A stretch of 64,000 nucleotides of DNA from Thermoproteota archaeon (lineage in GTDB: Archaea; Korarchaeota; Korarchaeia; Korarchaeales; Korarchaeaceae), in assembly GCA_027491915.1 (NCBI GenBank), contig JAOZGC010000002.1, forward strand, positions 480,001 to 544,000, written 5' to 3'. Below the pieces are notes generated by a model, which was not told the DNA's origin, did no database searches, and saw only the letters and a list, made by a program, of their open reading frames with translations. The number at the start of each line of letters is the position of its first letter. Positions within the stretch are counted from its first letter, which is position 1. Shown here one piece after another: positions 46,393-55,943 of this stretch. A program made the translations under genes and the position numbers.

Positions 46393-46439
46393 CTCCCCCC
46401 CGCCGCCCTACCCCTTATAATGGCGCAAAGCTTATATGC

Positions 46440-46465
46440 TCTTCTAATTAGTTAGAATTAGAAGA
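46440..46465. promoter_or_regulatory. Operator palindrome TCTTCTAATT-N6-AATTAGAAGA just downstream of a TATA box
   Basis: Perfect 10-bp inverted repeat following CTTATATG (46431-46438). Confidence 0.7.
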
Positions 46466-46484
46466 AAATAAAATGGAGGTATTG

Positions 46485-47219
46485 ATGATGCCGTGGCGCG
46501 AGTCCCTCCTGGAGGTCTCCCACAGGCTGGGCAGCGTCCTGCTCCACCCCAGGGAGGCCTTCGAGGAGATGATCTCCGAGGGCCCGAGGCTGGCCCTGCC
46601 GCTGGCCGTCTGCTTCGCCTTGGCCTTCTCCTCCGGTGCCCTGGCGATCTCAGCCATCCTGGGGCTCCTCCCACCGCTGGCCTTCCTGATCCCCGTGGCC
46701 GGTCCGGCTGCAGGCCTGATCTCGGCGGTCCTGACCCTGATATTCCTCCTGCTGCTCTCGGTGCTGATCCACGCCAACGCCCTCCTGCTCGGCGGCAGCG
46801 GAGATTTTGAGGCGATTCTGGCGGTCTTGGCCTACTCCCAGGCGCCCGATTTCCTCCCAGTGGCGGCGCTGGCGGTCTCCGCCATCTTGGGCGGGATCCC
46901 CGGCCTCTCGTGGTTCCTCCTGGGCGCTGCTCTCGGGCTGCTGTCCGGCCTTTGGGGCCTCTGGATAGCGGTGGTTGGCACCGGGGTCTCCTACGGACTG
47001 AGCTCCGGGAAGGCCCTGATAGCGGCCTTCTTGATCCCCCTGGCCCTCTTCGTGGTGGTTGGAATCTCCCTCGGATTCGGAGCGTGGTGGGTAGTTGCGC
47101 TGATCGTGCTCGGCTACGCGGTCGCTTTCATCGTCAGGGAGAGGGGGGGTCTCCCTTCCCCCGAGCCGGTCCCAGCCGCCCAGGTAGAGGAGGGAGGAGG
47201 CGATGAGGTTGAGCTCTGA
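46485..47219 (+). CDS. YIP1-family membrane protein
   Basis: VLLHPREAF, H..A.LLGGSGDF..AYS..P and LSSGKA motifs; GGAGGT RBS. Confidence 0.8.
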   Translation: MMPWRESLLEVSHRLGSVLLHPREAFEEMISEGPRLALPLAVCFALAFSSGALAISAILGLLPPLAFLIPVAGPAAGLISAVLTLIFLLLLSVLIHANALLLGGSGDFEAILAVLAYSQAPDFLPVAALAVSAILGGIPGLSWFLLGAALGLLSGLWGLWIAVVGTGVSYGLSSGKALIAAFLIPLALFVVVGISLGFGAWWVVALIVLGYAVAFIVRERGGLPSPEPVPAAQVEEGGGDEVEL

Positions 47220-47904
47220 GGAGGTCCTGGGGCTGCTCGTGGTGGCGCTGACGCTGTTCTCCCTGGCTGTGGCGATCGCCTCCCCAGCCCCGGCCCTCGG
47301 CGGGGGAGGGGCCGGAACCCCGCTGCCGACGCCCGTCCCGGGATGGGGACGTCGGAACCTCTCGATCCCCCTGCTCGCCCCGTGGGCTGGGACCCGGGCC
47401 GAGGGGAGGATAGAGCTCGGGAACGCGACCGGGCTGATCGTAGATCTCGGCGCCGGGAAGGTCACCTTCGAGGAGGGGAATGAGGCCCGGGTGGAGTACT
47501 CCGGCACGGGATTCCGGGTGAGCAGGTCCCCGGAGGGGACGGTCAACCTGTCCATGGGTGCGGGCACCGTCAGGGTGGTGCTCCCGCCCGGCGCGGCGTC
47601 CTTGATCTCCGTTAACCTGAGCATGGGGGAGGTCTCCGGCAGGGCGCCCGTCGGCGGGCCGGCGTCGGTCTCGATCGACGTGGGCATGGGGGACATCGAG
47701 CTGACGGTCGTGGTTCCCGGCGGATCCGCCGTCAGGGCCAACGCGAGCGTGGGTTGGGGGGAGGCCGAGCTGGAGGGGGTTAACCCGATTCCGACCTCTC
47801 CGGGGAGGGTACTCGGCGAGCTGGACGGCGACGAGTCGAGGCTCGTGGAGATAGGGGCGGACGTGGGCATGGGGTCGGTGCTCGTGACCGTCGAGAGGGG
47901 GTGA
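47203..47904 (+). CDS. Membrane-anchored beta-strand repeat protein (LiaF/LiaG/DUF4097-like)
   Basis: N-terminal TM; repeated 'hxhxhGxGxhxh' units (LSMGAGTV, VGMGDIEL, VGWGEAEL, VGMGSVLV). Confidence 0.65.
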   Translation: MRLSSEEVLGLLVVALTLFSLAVAIASPAPALGGGGAGTPLPTPVPGWGRRNLSIPLLAPWAGTRAEGRIELGNATGLIVDLGAGKVTFEEGNEARVEYSGTGFRVSRSPEGTVNLSMGAGTVRVVLPPGAASLISVNLSMGEVSGRAPVGGPASVSIDVGMGDIELTVVVPGGSAVRANASVGWGEAELEGVNPIPTSPGRVLGELDGDESRLVEIGADVGMGSVLVTVERG

Positions 47905-48560
47905 GGCGGGTGCGCATTCCCCCCCACGACCCCGTCAGGGCCCGCAAGGTCATAGAGTCGCTGGCCAGTCCGAGCAAACTCCAGATACTAGCCCTGATTT
48001 CCAAGAGGCCCTCTTCCCCGTCGGAGATAGCCGAGACCCTGGGGCTCAAGCTCCCGACCGTGATGCACCATCTCTCAGAGCTTAGGGACGCGGGGCTCAT
48101 AAGGCCGGCCTCGGTCAGGAGGACGGGGGGGAGGGGGAGACCCGCCAGGGAGTACGCCCTGTCGGACCGCAGCCTGACCATAGAGGTGGACCTCACCCTC
48201 TACCCGAACCTCCCCCCCGAGGAGGAGATCTGGGACATGGTGTCCGACTACGTCAGGGCCAAGATGGAGTCCGGCGGCCTCCCGTCGGCCCCGGGGGTTG
48301 GGGACGTGGCCTCCACCCTGGGGGTGGACAGGAGGATGGGGGCCGTGGTTCTGAGCCTCATGAAGAGGAGGAAGGCCGACGTGATATCCCTGGTGGCCTC
48401 GCGCGTGTTGGACGTTCTCAGAGGGTCGGATCGTCCCCTCTCGATCAGAGAGGTGGCCGAGAGGTCCGGAGTAGATAGGTACTGGGCCGTCCTGGCCCTA
48501 GAGAGGCTCCAGTCTGACGGGCTGGCCGAGATGTTCGACGGGACCGCCAGACCCACGTGA
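47901..48560 (+). CDS. ArsR-family regulator with additional C-terminal HTH
   Basis: LASPSKLQIL..SEIAETLG..TVMHHLSELRDAGLI..GRP; second HTH SIREVAERSG. Confidence 0.85.
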   Translation: MRRVRIPPHDPVRARKVIESLASPSKLQILALISKRPSSPSEIAETLGLKLPTVMHHLSELRDAGLIRPASVRRTGGRGRPAREYALSDRSLTIEVDLTLYPNLPPEEEIWDMVSDYVRAKMESGGLPSAPGVGDVASTLGVDRRMGAVVLSLMKRRKADVISLVASRVLDVLRGSDRPLSIREVAERSGVDRYWAVLALERLQSDGLAEMFDGTARPT

Positions 48561-48642
48561 CCCCATTTCTCCCCTGAACCGACCCGGCTCTTTTGCCACC
48601 TTCCCCCTCCCCGACCGATCCCGTAGATCGGTCCGGCCGGGC

Positions 48643-49464
48643 CTACGCCCTGGCGGTCTCCCTGACCGGGGGTATCGGGGGAGGGCGTCTCTTGTGCGAG
48701 CTGGAGGCGTGCATCTCCAGGATCCTGGCCGCCTCCGCTCTCCCCATCCCCACCTCGCCGGCCGCCTCCTCCGGATCCTTCCCCAGATCGAACACCCTGA
48801 CCAGGAACCTGTCCAGGACTTCGTAGGATATTCCCAGCTCCCCCTCGGCGGTCTGCCCTGGCCAGAGCCTCGGGCTGCTGGGCTTCTCCACCACCTCCCG
48901 AGGGAGGCCGAGGAACTCTCCGAGGGCCCTGACCTGGGTCTTATACAGGTCGCCTATCGGGAGGAAGTCGGCGGCGCCGTCGCCGTGCTTCGTGAAGTAC
49001 CCGACCAGTATCTCGCTCCTGTCCCCCGTCCCGGCGACCAGCAGGCCCCTGGAGTTGGCCAGGTAGTAGAGGACGGTCATCCTGACCCTCGCCCTCAGGT
49101 TCCCCAGCGGCACCCTTGCCCCGGGGTCGAATCCCGGGATGGCCGCCGCCAGGGAGTCCACGGGCCCGGACACGTCGACCTGGACCGTCTCTATCCCGAG
49201 GGACTCGGCCAGCCTCAGGGCGTCCCCCACGTCCTCCCCCGGGGTCACCCTTGGGTCGGGCATGACGGCCCCCAGGACCCTCGTCGGACCCAGGGCCCTA
49301 ACCAGGAGGGCGGCCGTCACCGACGAGTCTACCCCCCCGCTGAGCCCGACCACGGCCCCCCGGGCCCCGGCCCCCTCCACGAGCCCGGAGCAGAACCCGG
49401 ATATTAAGTCCGCGGCCTTCCCCCAATCCAACCTCAGGAGGGGATCCACGTCCACCAGGATCAC
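48643..49464 (-). CDS. nadE: NH3-dependent NAD+ synthetase
   Basis: GLSGGVDSS, GNLRARVRM, GYFTKHGDG, DLYKTQV and PSSPRLWPGQTAE motifs. Confidence 0.96.
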   Translation of the reverse strand: MILVDVDPLLRLDWGKAADLISGFCSGLVEGAGARGAVVGLSGGVDSSVTAALLVRALGPTRVLGAVMPDPRVTPGEDVGDALRLAESLGIETVQVDVSGPVDSLAAAIPGFDPGARVPLGNLRARVRMTVLYYLANSRGLLVAGTGDRSEILVGYFTKHGDGAADFLPIGDLYKTQVRALGEFLGLPREVVEKPSSPRLWPGQTAEGELGISYEVLDRFLVRVFDLGKDPEEAAGEVGMGRAEAARILEMHASSSHKRRPPPIPPVRETARA

Positions 49465-49988
49465 CCCCCGAGCTCCCTCACCCTCTCCGCCGCCTCCCTT
49501 ATGACGGCGGCCGCTTCCTCGGCCCTCCCGCCGGCGAGGTCCGCCTCCGAGAGGGCGGACCTAAGCTCAGCCAGGGCGCACCTGACCGGCTCGGGAATCC
49601 CCCCGCCGGCGGGCTCTCCGAGGAGGTTCCTGACAGACTCGGCCAGATCCCTGAAGTCCCTCAGTATCCTCCTCTGGGCATCCTTCAGCCGATTCCAGGC
49701 CTCCTCCCCCGCGGGGGTCAGGTAGTACTTCCTCATCTTCCCCTTCTCCCTGGAGGTCAGCAGCCCCATCCTCTCCAGTTCCCTGAGGGCTGGGTAGACC
49801 GAGCCGGGGGAGGGCTTCCACACCCCGGTCCTCTCCTCTATCGCCCTGATTATCTCCACCCCCGACATTCCCCCCCTCCTCCTTATCAGCCCCAGTATGA
49901 AGAACTTCAGCAGACCCCCGAAGGGTATCCTGGAGTGGACCCACCTCCCCGGCCAACCCCTCTCCTCACCCTCCCCCTCCTGATCCAA
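49461..49988 (-). CDS. PadR-family transcriptional regulator
   Basis: WKPSPGSVYPALRELE..G..KYYLTPAG. Confidence 0.9.
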   Translation of the reverse strand: MDQEGEGEERGWPGRWVHSRIPFGGLLKFFILGLIRRRGGMSGVEIIRAIEERTGVWKPSPGSVYPALRELERMGLLTSREKGKMRKYYLTPAGEEAWNRLKDAQRRILRDFRDLAESVRNLLGEPAGGGIPEPVRCALAELRSALSEADLAGGRAEEAAAVIREAAERVRELGG

Positions 49989-49991
49989 TCC

Positions 49992-50474
49992 TCAACCCTC
50001 CCCAGTCCCCTCGGGGAGCAGCCCGAGCTTCTTGGCCTCTCCCTTGGCCTTCTTAACCGCCTCGTCCAGCCTGGTGAACTTGGTCGCCCTCGCCGCCCCC
50101 CTGGCCGCCCTCGCGACGGCCCTGGTGGTCTCCCCGTCGAGCTCCATCCCCCTGGCCAGCGCGGCCTCCCCATTCAACCTCAGGACCCTCCTCCCCTCAA
50201 GCTCCTCCTCGTAGACCACTCCCTGGGTCATCAGGGACTCCAGGGCCATCCAAGCCGTCGTGGACCAGGGACCGGCCGGCCACCAGCTCCAGCCGGCCCC
50301 GCTGCCCCCCACTCCCCTCCTGGCCAGGTCCACGTCGACCAGGAAGAGCACCCTCATCAGCCTGGCCGGGGTCAGGGGGGTCTCGACGTTGGCCAGTATG
50401 AGGGTCAGGAAGTCCCCCACCCTCCTGCGCGCGTCCGATTCAGATCCCGGCCCCGATCCGGACACTCGGGTCAC
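49992..50474 (-). CDS. Hypothetical winged-helix protein, SocA/Panacea (DUF4065)/YwgA-like
   Basis: RLMRVLFLVD..WSWWPAGPWS..L..L...G pattern; GTGA overlap with the upstream HTH gene. Confidence 0.55.
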   Translation of the reverse strand: MTRVSGSGPGSESDARRRVGDFLTLILANVETPLTPARLMRVLFLVDVDLARRGVGGSGAGWSWWPAGPWSTTAWMALESLMTQGVVYEEELEGRRVLRLNGEAALARGMELDGETTRAVARAARGAARATKFTRLDEAVKKAKGEAKKLGLLPEGTGEG

Positions 50475-50740
50475 CTCCCGTCCGCCGCCGCGGGGGAGAG
50501 GAGGGAGACTATCCTCCTGACCTCCGGCCTGTCCGTCGCCAGCTCCACTATCCTGACCCTCCCGAGCCTCCTCTCCCTGACCACCCCCTCCTCGGCCAGG
50601 AGCCTGACGTGGCCGACGGTGGTCTCGTAGCTGAGGCCCGCCTCCCTGGCCAGCCGGGTTACGTTGAGGCCGCCGGCCCTGGCCAGGATCCTCAGTATCC
50701 TGACCCTCCCCCTCGATCCCAGCACCCTCTCCAGGTCCAC
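50471..50740 (-). CDS. Small winged-helix (ArsR-like) DNA-binding protein
   Basis: GSRGRVRILRIL..LNVTRLAREAGLSY..H...L.EEGVV.E.R.GRVRI. Confidence 0.8.
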   Translation of the reverse strand: MDLERVLGSRGRVRILRILARAGGLNVTRLAREAGLSYETTVGHVRLLAEEGVVRERRLGRVRIVELATDRPEVRRIVSLLSPAAADGR

Positions 50741-50822
50741 GCGCCGCCTCCCCCCGGTTGCTGATATTATTTCGCCGCACCCTCCCCGACCCGGCGGCCC
50801 GCCCGCGCAGGCCCCCGGCGCG

Positions 50823-52082
50823 TCACATCGACCTGGCGGCGGCCAGGACGTCCAGCAGCGCGCGGACCGTCGAGACCCCCGCCGCGCCGAGCTCGCTTCT
50901 GGCGATCCCGATCAGCCCCTCCCCCCTGACCTCCTCCCTCACGTCGAAGGACCTCGAGGCTGCGGCCACTATGACCCTTGGGTAGGACGAGTAGAGCCTG
51001 GGGTTCTCCATGAACCTGGCGGCCGCCCCGAACCTCTCGAAGGTCCTCCCGACGGGACCCTCCCGGAGGGCCCTCGGGTAGGATAGCAGGTCCCCCGAGG
51101 CCGCGGCCTCGGCCGCCAGCCTACCGGACTCCAGGGCGAAGTCCATCCCCCTGACCGTGATCCCGAGGTTGGCGGCCAGCCCGGCGGCGTCCCCCACGGC
51201 CGCGACCCCGGGGCCGGCCGCCCTGACCCTGCCGTACTGGGTCTCGGGGAGGGAGTGGGCGGAGTACTCCACCAGCCTGCCCCCCCTCAGGTAGGAGGCT
51301 ATCCTGGGGTGGGACTTGAACCTCTCGAGGACCTCCCAAGTCCTGGCCCGCGCCTCGCCGGCCGAGTAGGCCCCCAGCCTGAGCGTCACCCCGACGGAGA
51401 TCGTGTCCCTGTTGGTGTATACGAACCCCCCGCCCGGGATCCCGCCGGTGAAGTCGCCGAGGTAGAGCTGGGCCGACCCCTCCCCGCTGGAGAGGCCGAA
51501 CCTGTCCTCTATCTTCTCCTCAGGCAGCTCCAGGACCTCCTTCACCCCGACCGCGAAGTCCCGCGCCCTGGTAGGGGGCCTGAGCCCGGCGGCCTCGGCC
51601 AGGAGCCCGAGGGCCCCCTCGGCCAGGATCGTGACCGGCGCGGCTATCCTGTCCGGGCCGGCGGCTATCCCTGTCACCCTCCCGCCCTCCACCACCGGGG
51701 CGTCCACCCTGATCCCGCTGACCAGGGTGACCCCCTCTCCCTCCGCCACCTCGGCCAGCCAGGAGTCGAACCTGGGCCTGAGGAGGGTGTACCCCTGCCC
51801 CGCGGCCCTCTCCCCCCTCCCCACCTGGAACTCGACCCAGGAGTCGCGCCAGAGGAATCCAAGGACCTCCCTGGTGACCTCCCTCTCTAGGGGAGCCTCC
51901 CCCCTGAACCCCGGGACCAGCTTCTCCAGGGCCCAGGAGTACATCCTGCCGCCGAAGACGTTCTTGGTGCCCGGCCTCTCCCCCCTCTCCACCAGCAGGA
52001 CGCTCATCCCCCTGCGCGCCATCTGGAGGGCGGCGGCCGACCCCGCCGGCCCGGCCCCGACCACCACGGCGTCGAAGGACAA
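50823..52082 (-). CDS. fixC: FixC-type FAD oxidoreductase (ETF:quinone oxidoreductase)
   Basis: ERGERPGTKNVFGG, APLER, LRPRFDSWL, GVKE, GGGFVYTN, EYSAH and RGMDFA motifs. Confidence 0.92.
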   Translation of the reverse strand: MSFDAVVVGAGPAGSAAALQMARRGMSVLLVERGERPGTKNVFGGRMYSWALEKLVPGFRGEAPLEREVTREVLGFLWRDSWVEFQVGRGERAAGQGYTLLRPRFDSWLAEVAEGEGVTLVSGIRVDAPVVEGGRVTGIAAGPDRIAAPVTILAEGALGLLAEAAGLRPPTRARDFAVGVKEVLELPEEKIEDRFGLSSGEGSAQLYLGDFTGGIPGGGFVYTNRDTISVGVTLRLGAYSAGEARARTWEVLERFKSHPRIASYLRGGRLVEYSAHSLPETQYGRVRAAGPGVAAVGDAAGLAANLGITVRGMDFALESGRLAAEAAASGDLLSYPRALREGPVGRTFERFGAAARFMENPRLYSSYPRVIVAAASRSFDVREEVRGEGLIGIARSELGAAGVSTVRALLDVLAAARSM

Positions 52083-52086
52083 CGGA

Positions 52087-53043
52087 TCACCGCCCGCCCC
52101 TGAGGACCTCTATCAGGGCAGGGAGGAACTCGTACAGGTCGGCCACGACGGCGTAGTCGCTGGCCCCGACTATCGGGGCGTTGGGGTCCTTGTTGACCGC
52201 CACTATCACCTTGGAGTCCAGGGCCCCGGCCAGGAACTGCATCTGCCCGGACACGCCGACCGCCACCATCAGCCTGGGCGAGATCCTCACCCCGGATATC
52301 CCTATCCAGTCGGAGCCGGGCAGCCAGCCAAGATCGGCCACCAGCGGCCTGGTGGCCCCGACGGCCCCTCCGAGCGCCTCGGCCAGCTCGAAGGCCAGCC
52401 TCAAATCCTCCCTCCTCTCGAATCCCCGGCCGGCAACCACCACCACCTCGGCGTCCTCCAGCCTGACCCCGGACCTCTCCCTGGGCCTCCTCTCCACGAT
52501 CCTCACCCTGTGATCGGCCCCGGGATCCTCCAGTCGCACGACCTCGGCGGCTCCCCCGGCGGTCCCAGAGGCCTCGGCCGGCGGGAACCTGCCGGGCTGG
52601 ATGGCCAGCACGGCCGGCGTGTCCACCTCCTCCGAGGCGATTCCCTTCCCGCCGAGGACCATCCTCTTGACGGTCAGAGAGCCGCCCGCCGACTCCAGCC
52701 CCACGACCTCGGTGGACGCCCCCCCTCCTAGGAGCTGGGCCAGCCCCCCGGCCACCTGCCTCCCTATCCGGTCCGAGGTCAGGAGGACGTAGTCGGGCCT
52801 CTCCCTACCTATCCACGCCCTCAGGGCCCTGTCCACCGAGAAGGCGTCGGTCGGATCTGACCACTCGGCGACGACGATCCTGCCGACCCCCGTGCTCGAG
52901 GGGGTCCTCAGCCTCTCCTCCCCCGCCGGTCCGGCCAGGAGCAGGTCCACCCCGTCCAACCCGCCGCCGGTCGCGACCGACGCCGCCGATATGAGCTCCA
53001 GGCACCTGTCGTCGTCCGGCGAGAATACCAGCGCCCGGGTCAC
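52087..53043 (-). CDS. fixB: Electron transfer flavoprotein alpha subunit
   Basis: LEDAEVVVVAGRG, GATRP, IGISG and GVSGQMQF..AVNKDPNAPI motifs. Confidence 0.92.
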   Translation of the reverse strand: MTRALVFSPDDDRCLELISAASVATGGGLDGVDLLLAGPAGEERLRTPSSTGVGRIVVAEWSDPTDAFSVDRALRAWIGRERPDYVLLTSDRIGRQVAGGLAQLLGGGASTEVVGLESAGGSLTVKRMVLGGKGIASEEVDTPAVLAIQPGRFPPAEASGTAGGAAEVVRLEDPGADHRVRIVERRPRERSGVRLEDAEVVVVAGRGFERREDLRLAFELAEALGGAVGATRPLVADLGWLPGSDWIGISGVRISPRLMVAVGVSGQMQFLAGALDSKVIVAVNKDPNAPIVGASDYAVVADLYEFLPALIEVLRGGR

Positions 53044-53044
53044 C

Positions 53045-53845
53045 TCAGATCACCCCCGCCCGCCTCAGCTCCTCGACGAGCCTCTCCGCGGCCTCCCTGG
53101 GGCTCTCCGCCTCTATCACGACGCCCCTCCTCTCCACCCTCGGGGACACCACGGACGACACCCTCACGCCTCTCCCCGCCCCCGGACCCGGCAGGCCCAG
53201 GTCCGAGAGGCTCAGGACCTCCAGGGGCTTCTTCCCGGCCTGGAGTATCTGCATGAGGGTGGGGATCCGGGGCTTGTTTATCTCCTGGGTGACCGAGATC
53301 ACCGCGGGGAGGTCGACCTCGACGACCTCCTCGAAGTCTCCGACGGCCCTCCTGACCCTGACCGACCCCCCGCCGCCGACCTCCACCCCGTCGGCGTAGG
53401 GGACGTAGGGCCACCCAAGCTCCTGCGCCAGCCTCCCGGGGACCAGCCCCCCGAAGGAGTCCTCGGTCCCCTCCCCAGCCAGGACGAGATCGAACGGCCC
53501 CCTGGCCCGCAGGGCGGCCGCCAGCGCGGCCGCGGTGAACCCGGTGTCGGCCCCCACCGCCGCCTCGTCGGCCACCAGGACGAACCGATCGGCCCCCATG
53601 GCCAGGACCCTCTTGGCCGCCTCCCTGGCCTCCCTCATCCTCCTGGAGAGGGGGCCCCAGTTCAGGACGGAGAAGGCGGTCACCGACCCCCCCACCCTCT
53701 CCCTTATGGAGACGGCCTCCTCCACGGCGTTCAGGTCTATCTCGCTCACCTTGGTGGGCGCCTGGTCCACCCTCGGCGCCTCGCCGGGCTCGGCCCTCAG
53801 GCCCTCGACGTCCAGCGCGAGCTTCACGAGCGCGGCCACGTCCAT
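53045..53845 (-). CDS. fixA: Electron transfer flavoprotein beta subunit
   Basis: DLNAVEEA, LAMGAD, LAG...D..GG.VP and INKPRIP motifs. Confidence 0.92.
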   Translation of the reverse strand: MDVAALVKLALDVEGLRAEPGEAPRVDQAPTKVSEIDLNAVEEAVSIRERVGGSVTAFSVLNWGPLSRRMREAREAAKRVLAMGADRFVLVADEAAVGADTGFTAAALAAALRARGPFDLVLAGEGTEDSFGGLVPGRLAQELGWPYVPYADGVEVGGGGSVRVRRAVGDFEEVVEVDLPAVISVTQEINKPRIPTLMQILQAGKKPLEVLSLSDLGLPGPGAGRGVRVSSVVSPRVERRGVVIEAESPREAAERLVEELRRAGVI

Positions 53846-53919
53846 GCCCGACCCCGCCGGCCGCGGGACGGTATGAAAAAAATTATACCCATCGGGGGGA
53901 AGGGCGGCCGGGGTGCCCC

Positions 53920-54201
53920 TTGGCGGGGGTGGACGCCAAGCTGGCGGTGGACAGGTTCGTGCTGGACGAGGAGCCCCACATCAGGGTGGTGGACCACGGG
54001 GTGTGCGCCTCGTGCGAGTCGAAACCCTGCGTGCCGGTCTGTCCGGCCGGGCTGTACGAGTGGAGCGAGTCCGAGGGCAGGATGATCCTCTCCCACGAGG
54101 GGTGCCTGGAGTGCGGGGCCTGTCTCCTGGTCTGCCCCCACCGGAACCTGGACTGGTCCTACCCGAGGGGCGGGTTCGGGGTCAGGTACTCCTATGGATA
54201 A
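53920..54201 (+). CDS. fixX: FixX-type ferredoxin
   Basis: PHI..C..C..KPC..VCPAGLY and GCLECGAC..C..WSYPRGGFGV motifs. Confidence 0.92.
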   Translation: MAGVDAKLAVDRFVLDEEPHIRVVDHGVCASCESKPCVPVCPAGLYEWSESEGRMILSHEGCLECGACLLVCPHRNLDWSYPRGGFGVRYSYG

Positions 54202-54241
54202 CGGTTAAATCTTTGACCCGTTTCCGCCCCCGGCGATCCTC

Positions 54242-55441
54242 ATGGTGGATTTCTCCTTCAGCGAGGAGGAGGAAGTCTTCAGGCAGAGCCTGAGGGATCT
54301 TCTGGCCGAGATCCTGGCCCCGAGGGCCAGGGAGATCGATACGGAGCGGAGGATACCGGACGACGTCATAAGGGCCCTGGCCGACAACGGAATCCTTTGC
54401 ATGACCATGAAGCCGGAGCACGGGGGGAGCGGGGCCAGCTGGGTCTTGGGGACCATAGCCATAGAGGAGATAGCCAGGGCCGATCCCAGCGTCGCCACCG
54501 CTGTGTTCGTGCTGGTCGAGAACTCCTGGGGCAAGATCCTGGATCTCTACGGCAGGGACGACGTGGCCAGGGAGGTCCTCTCCGCCGCCGCCAGGGGGGA
54601 GGGCTTCGTCGGCATAAACTCCACGGAGCCCCAGTCCGGGTCCGACGTGGCCGGGTTCACCACCAGGGCCGTCAGGGACGGGGACCACTGGGTCATAAAC
54701 GGGGAGAAGGCCTTCATCAGCGGGATAGCCGAGGCCCAGAGGCTGGGCGGCGGCTACATCACCGTGGTGAAGACGAGGCCGGAGGCCGGGAGCAGGGGCA
54801 TAACCCTCTTCTACGTCCCCATAGACGCGCCGGGCATAACGGTCGGGTTCTACGAGGACATGGGGAGGAACGGCCTCAGCACCGGGTGGATGAAGCTGAA
54901 GGACGTCAGGATCCCCGACGAGTACAGGATAGGCGAGGTGGATCAGGGGTTCAAGCTGGCCATGGAGGGGTTCAACAGGGCCAGGATATTCGTCTCGGCC
55001 GGGTGCCTCGGGTCGGCCGAGGCCATGCTGGAATACACCGCGGAGTACGCCAGGAACCGAGTGGTCTTCAACAGGCCCCTGGCCAAGTTCGAGGGGATCC
55101 AGTTCCCGCTGGTGGACGCGTGGACCGAGCTGGAGGCCACCAAGCTCATGATATACAAGGCGGCCTGGGCCATGGACCAGTACGACGCCGGGAGGGCCAC
55201 CCTGTGGGAGGCGGCCAGGTGGGCCGCCATGGCCAAGCTGCTGGCCCCCGAGAGGTCCGTGGACGCCATAAAGGAGTTCATGAAGGTGGCCGGGGCCTAC
55301 GGCTACACCAAGGACTCCCCCCTGGAGATGGCCTTCCGCGGCGTCATGAGCTACTTCGTGGGGGCCGAGGGCGGCCAGAACATAATGAGGCTGATCCTGG
55401 CCAGGGAGCTCGTGGGGAAGGAGAACCTGCCCTACAAGTGA
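54242..55441 (+). CDS. Acyl-CoA dehydrogenase
   Basis: TEPQSGSD, NGEKAFIS, R..F.RPL.KFEGIQF and GAYGY..EG..NIMR motifs. Confidence 0.94.
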   Translation: MVDFSFSEEEEVFRQSLRDLLAEILAPRAREIDTERRIPDDVIRALADNGILCMTMKPEHGGSGASWVLGTIAIEEIARADPSVATAVFVLVENSWGKILDLYGRDDVAREVLSAAARGEGFVGINSTEPQSGSDVAGFTTRAVRDGDHWVINGEKAFISGIAEAQRLGGGYITVVKTRPEAGSRGITLFYVPIDAPGITVGFYEDMGRNGLSTGWMKLKDVRIPDEYRIGEVDQGFKLAMEGFNRARIFVSAGCLGSAEAMLEYTAEYARNRVVFNRPLAKFEGIQFPLVDAWTELEATKLMIYKAAWAMDQYDAGRATLWEAARWAAMAKLLAPERSVDAIKEFMKVAGAYGYTKDSPLEMAFRGVMSYFVGAEGGQNIMRLILARELVGKENLPYK

Positions 55442-55553
55442 TCTCTCCGGCCCACCCCGCCCCCCTCCCCGGCCGCCGCGGGGCGGCCCGGCGGCCCCGC
55501 GCGGAGGCGGCGCGTGGTTATAACGGGTCGGTCGGGCGCAGGGGGCGGGCGAG

Positions 55554-55943
55554 ATGCCGGAGTACGAGTTCCTGCGGAGGAACGCGGAAGGATTCTACAG
55601 GAATGCCAGGCAGCTGTTTGAGGGCGGGGAGTACAACCTGGCGGCCTTCAACTTGGAGCAGGCCATGCAGCTGATGCTGAAGTACATCCTGGCCTCGAGA
55701 CTGGGGGACTTCCCCAGGACCCACTCCCTCAGGAGGCTCTTCAGGGAGGTCGGGACCCTGTGCCCCGGGCTCTGGGAGTTCTACGAGAGCAACGCCAGCG
55801 TGGTGGGAAACGTGGAGAGCGCCTACATAGCCTCCAGATATTATCCCGTCGAGTTCCAGGAGGTCGAGGTCAGGGAGATGCTCTCCGCCTACGAGAAGTT
55901 CTCGGGGGTGCTGAGGGGGTGCCTGAGAGACCGCGATCCATGA
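55554..55943 (+). CDS. HEPN domain protein
   Basis: YNLAAFNLEQA..LK..PRTHSL..Y..SRY. Confidence 0.9.
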   Translation: MPEYEFLRRNAEGFYRNARQLFEGGEYNLAAFNLEQAMQLMLKYILASRLGDFPRTHSLRRLFREVGTLCPGLWEFYESNASVVGNVESAYIASRYYPVEFQEVEVREMLSAYEKFSGVLRGCLRDRDP

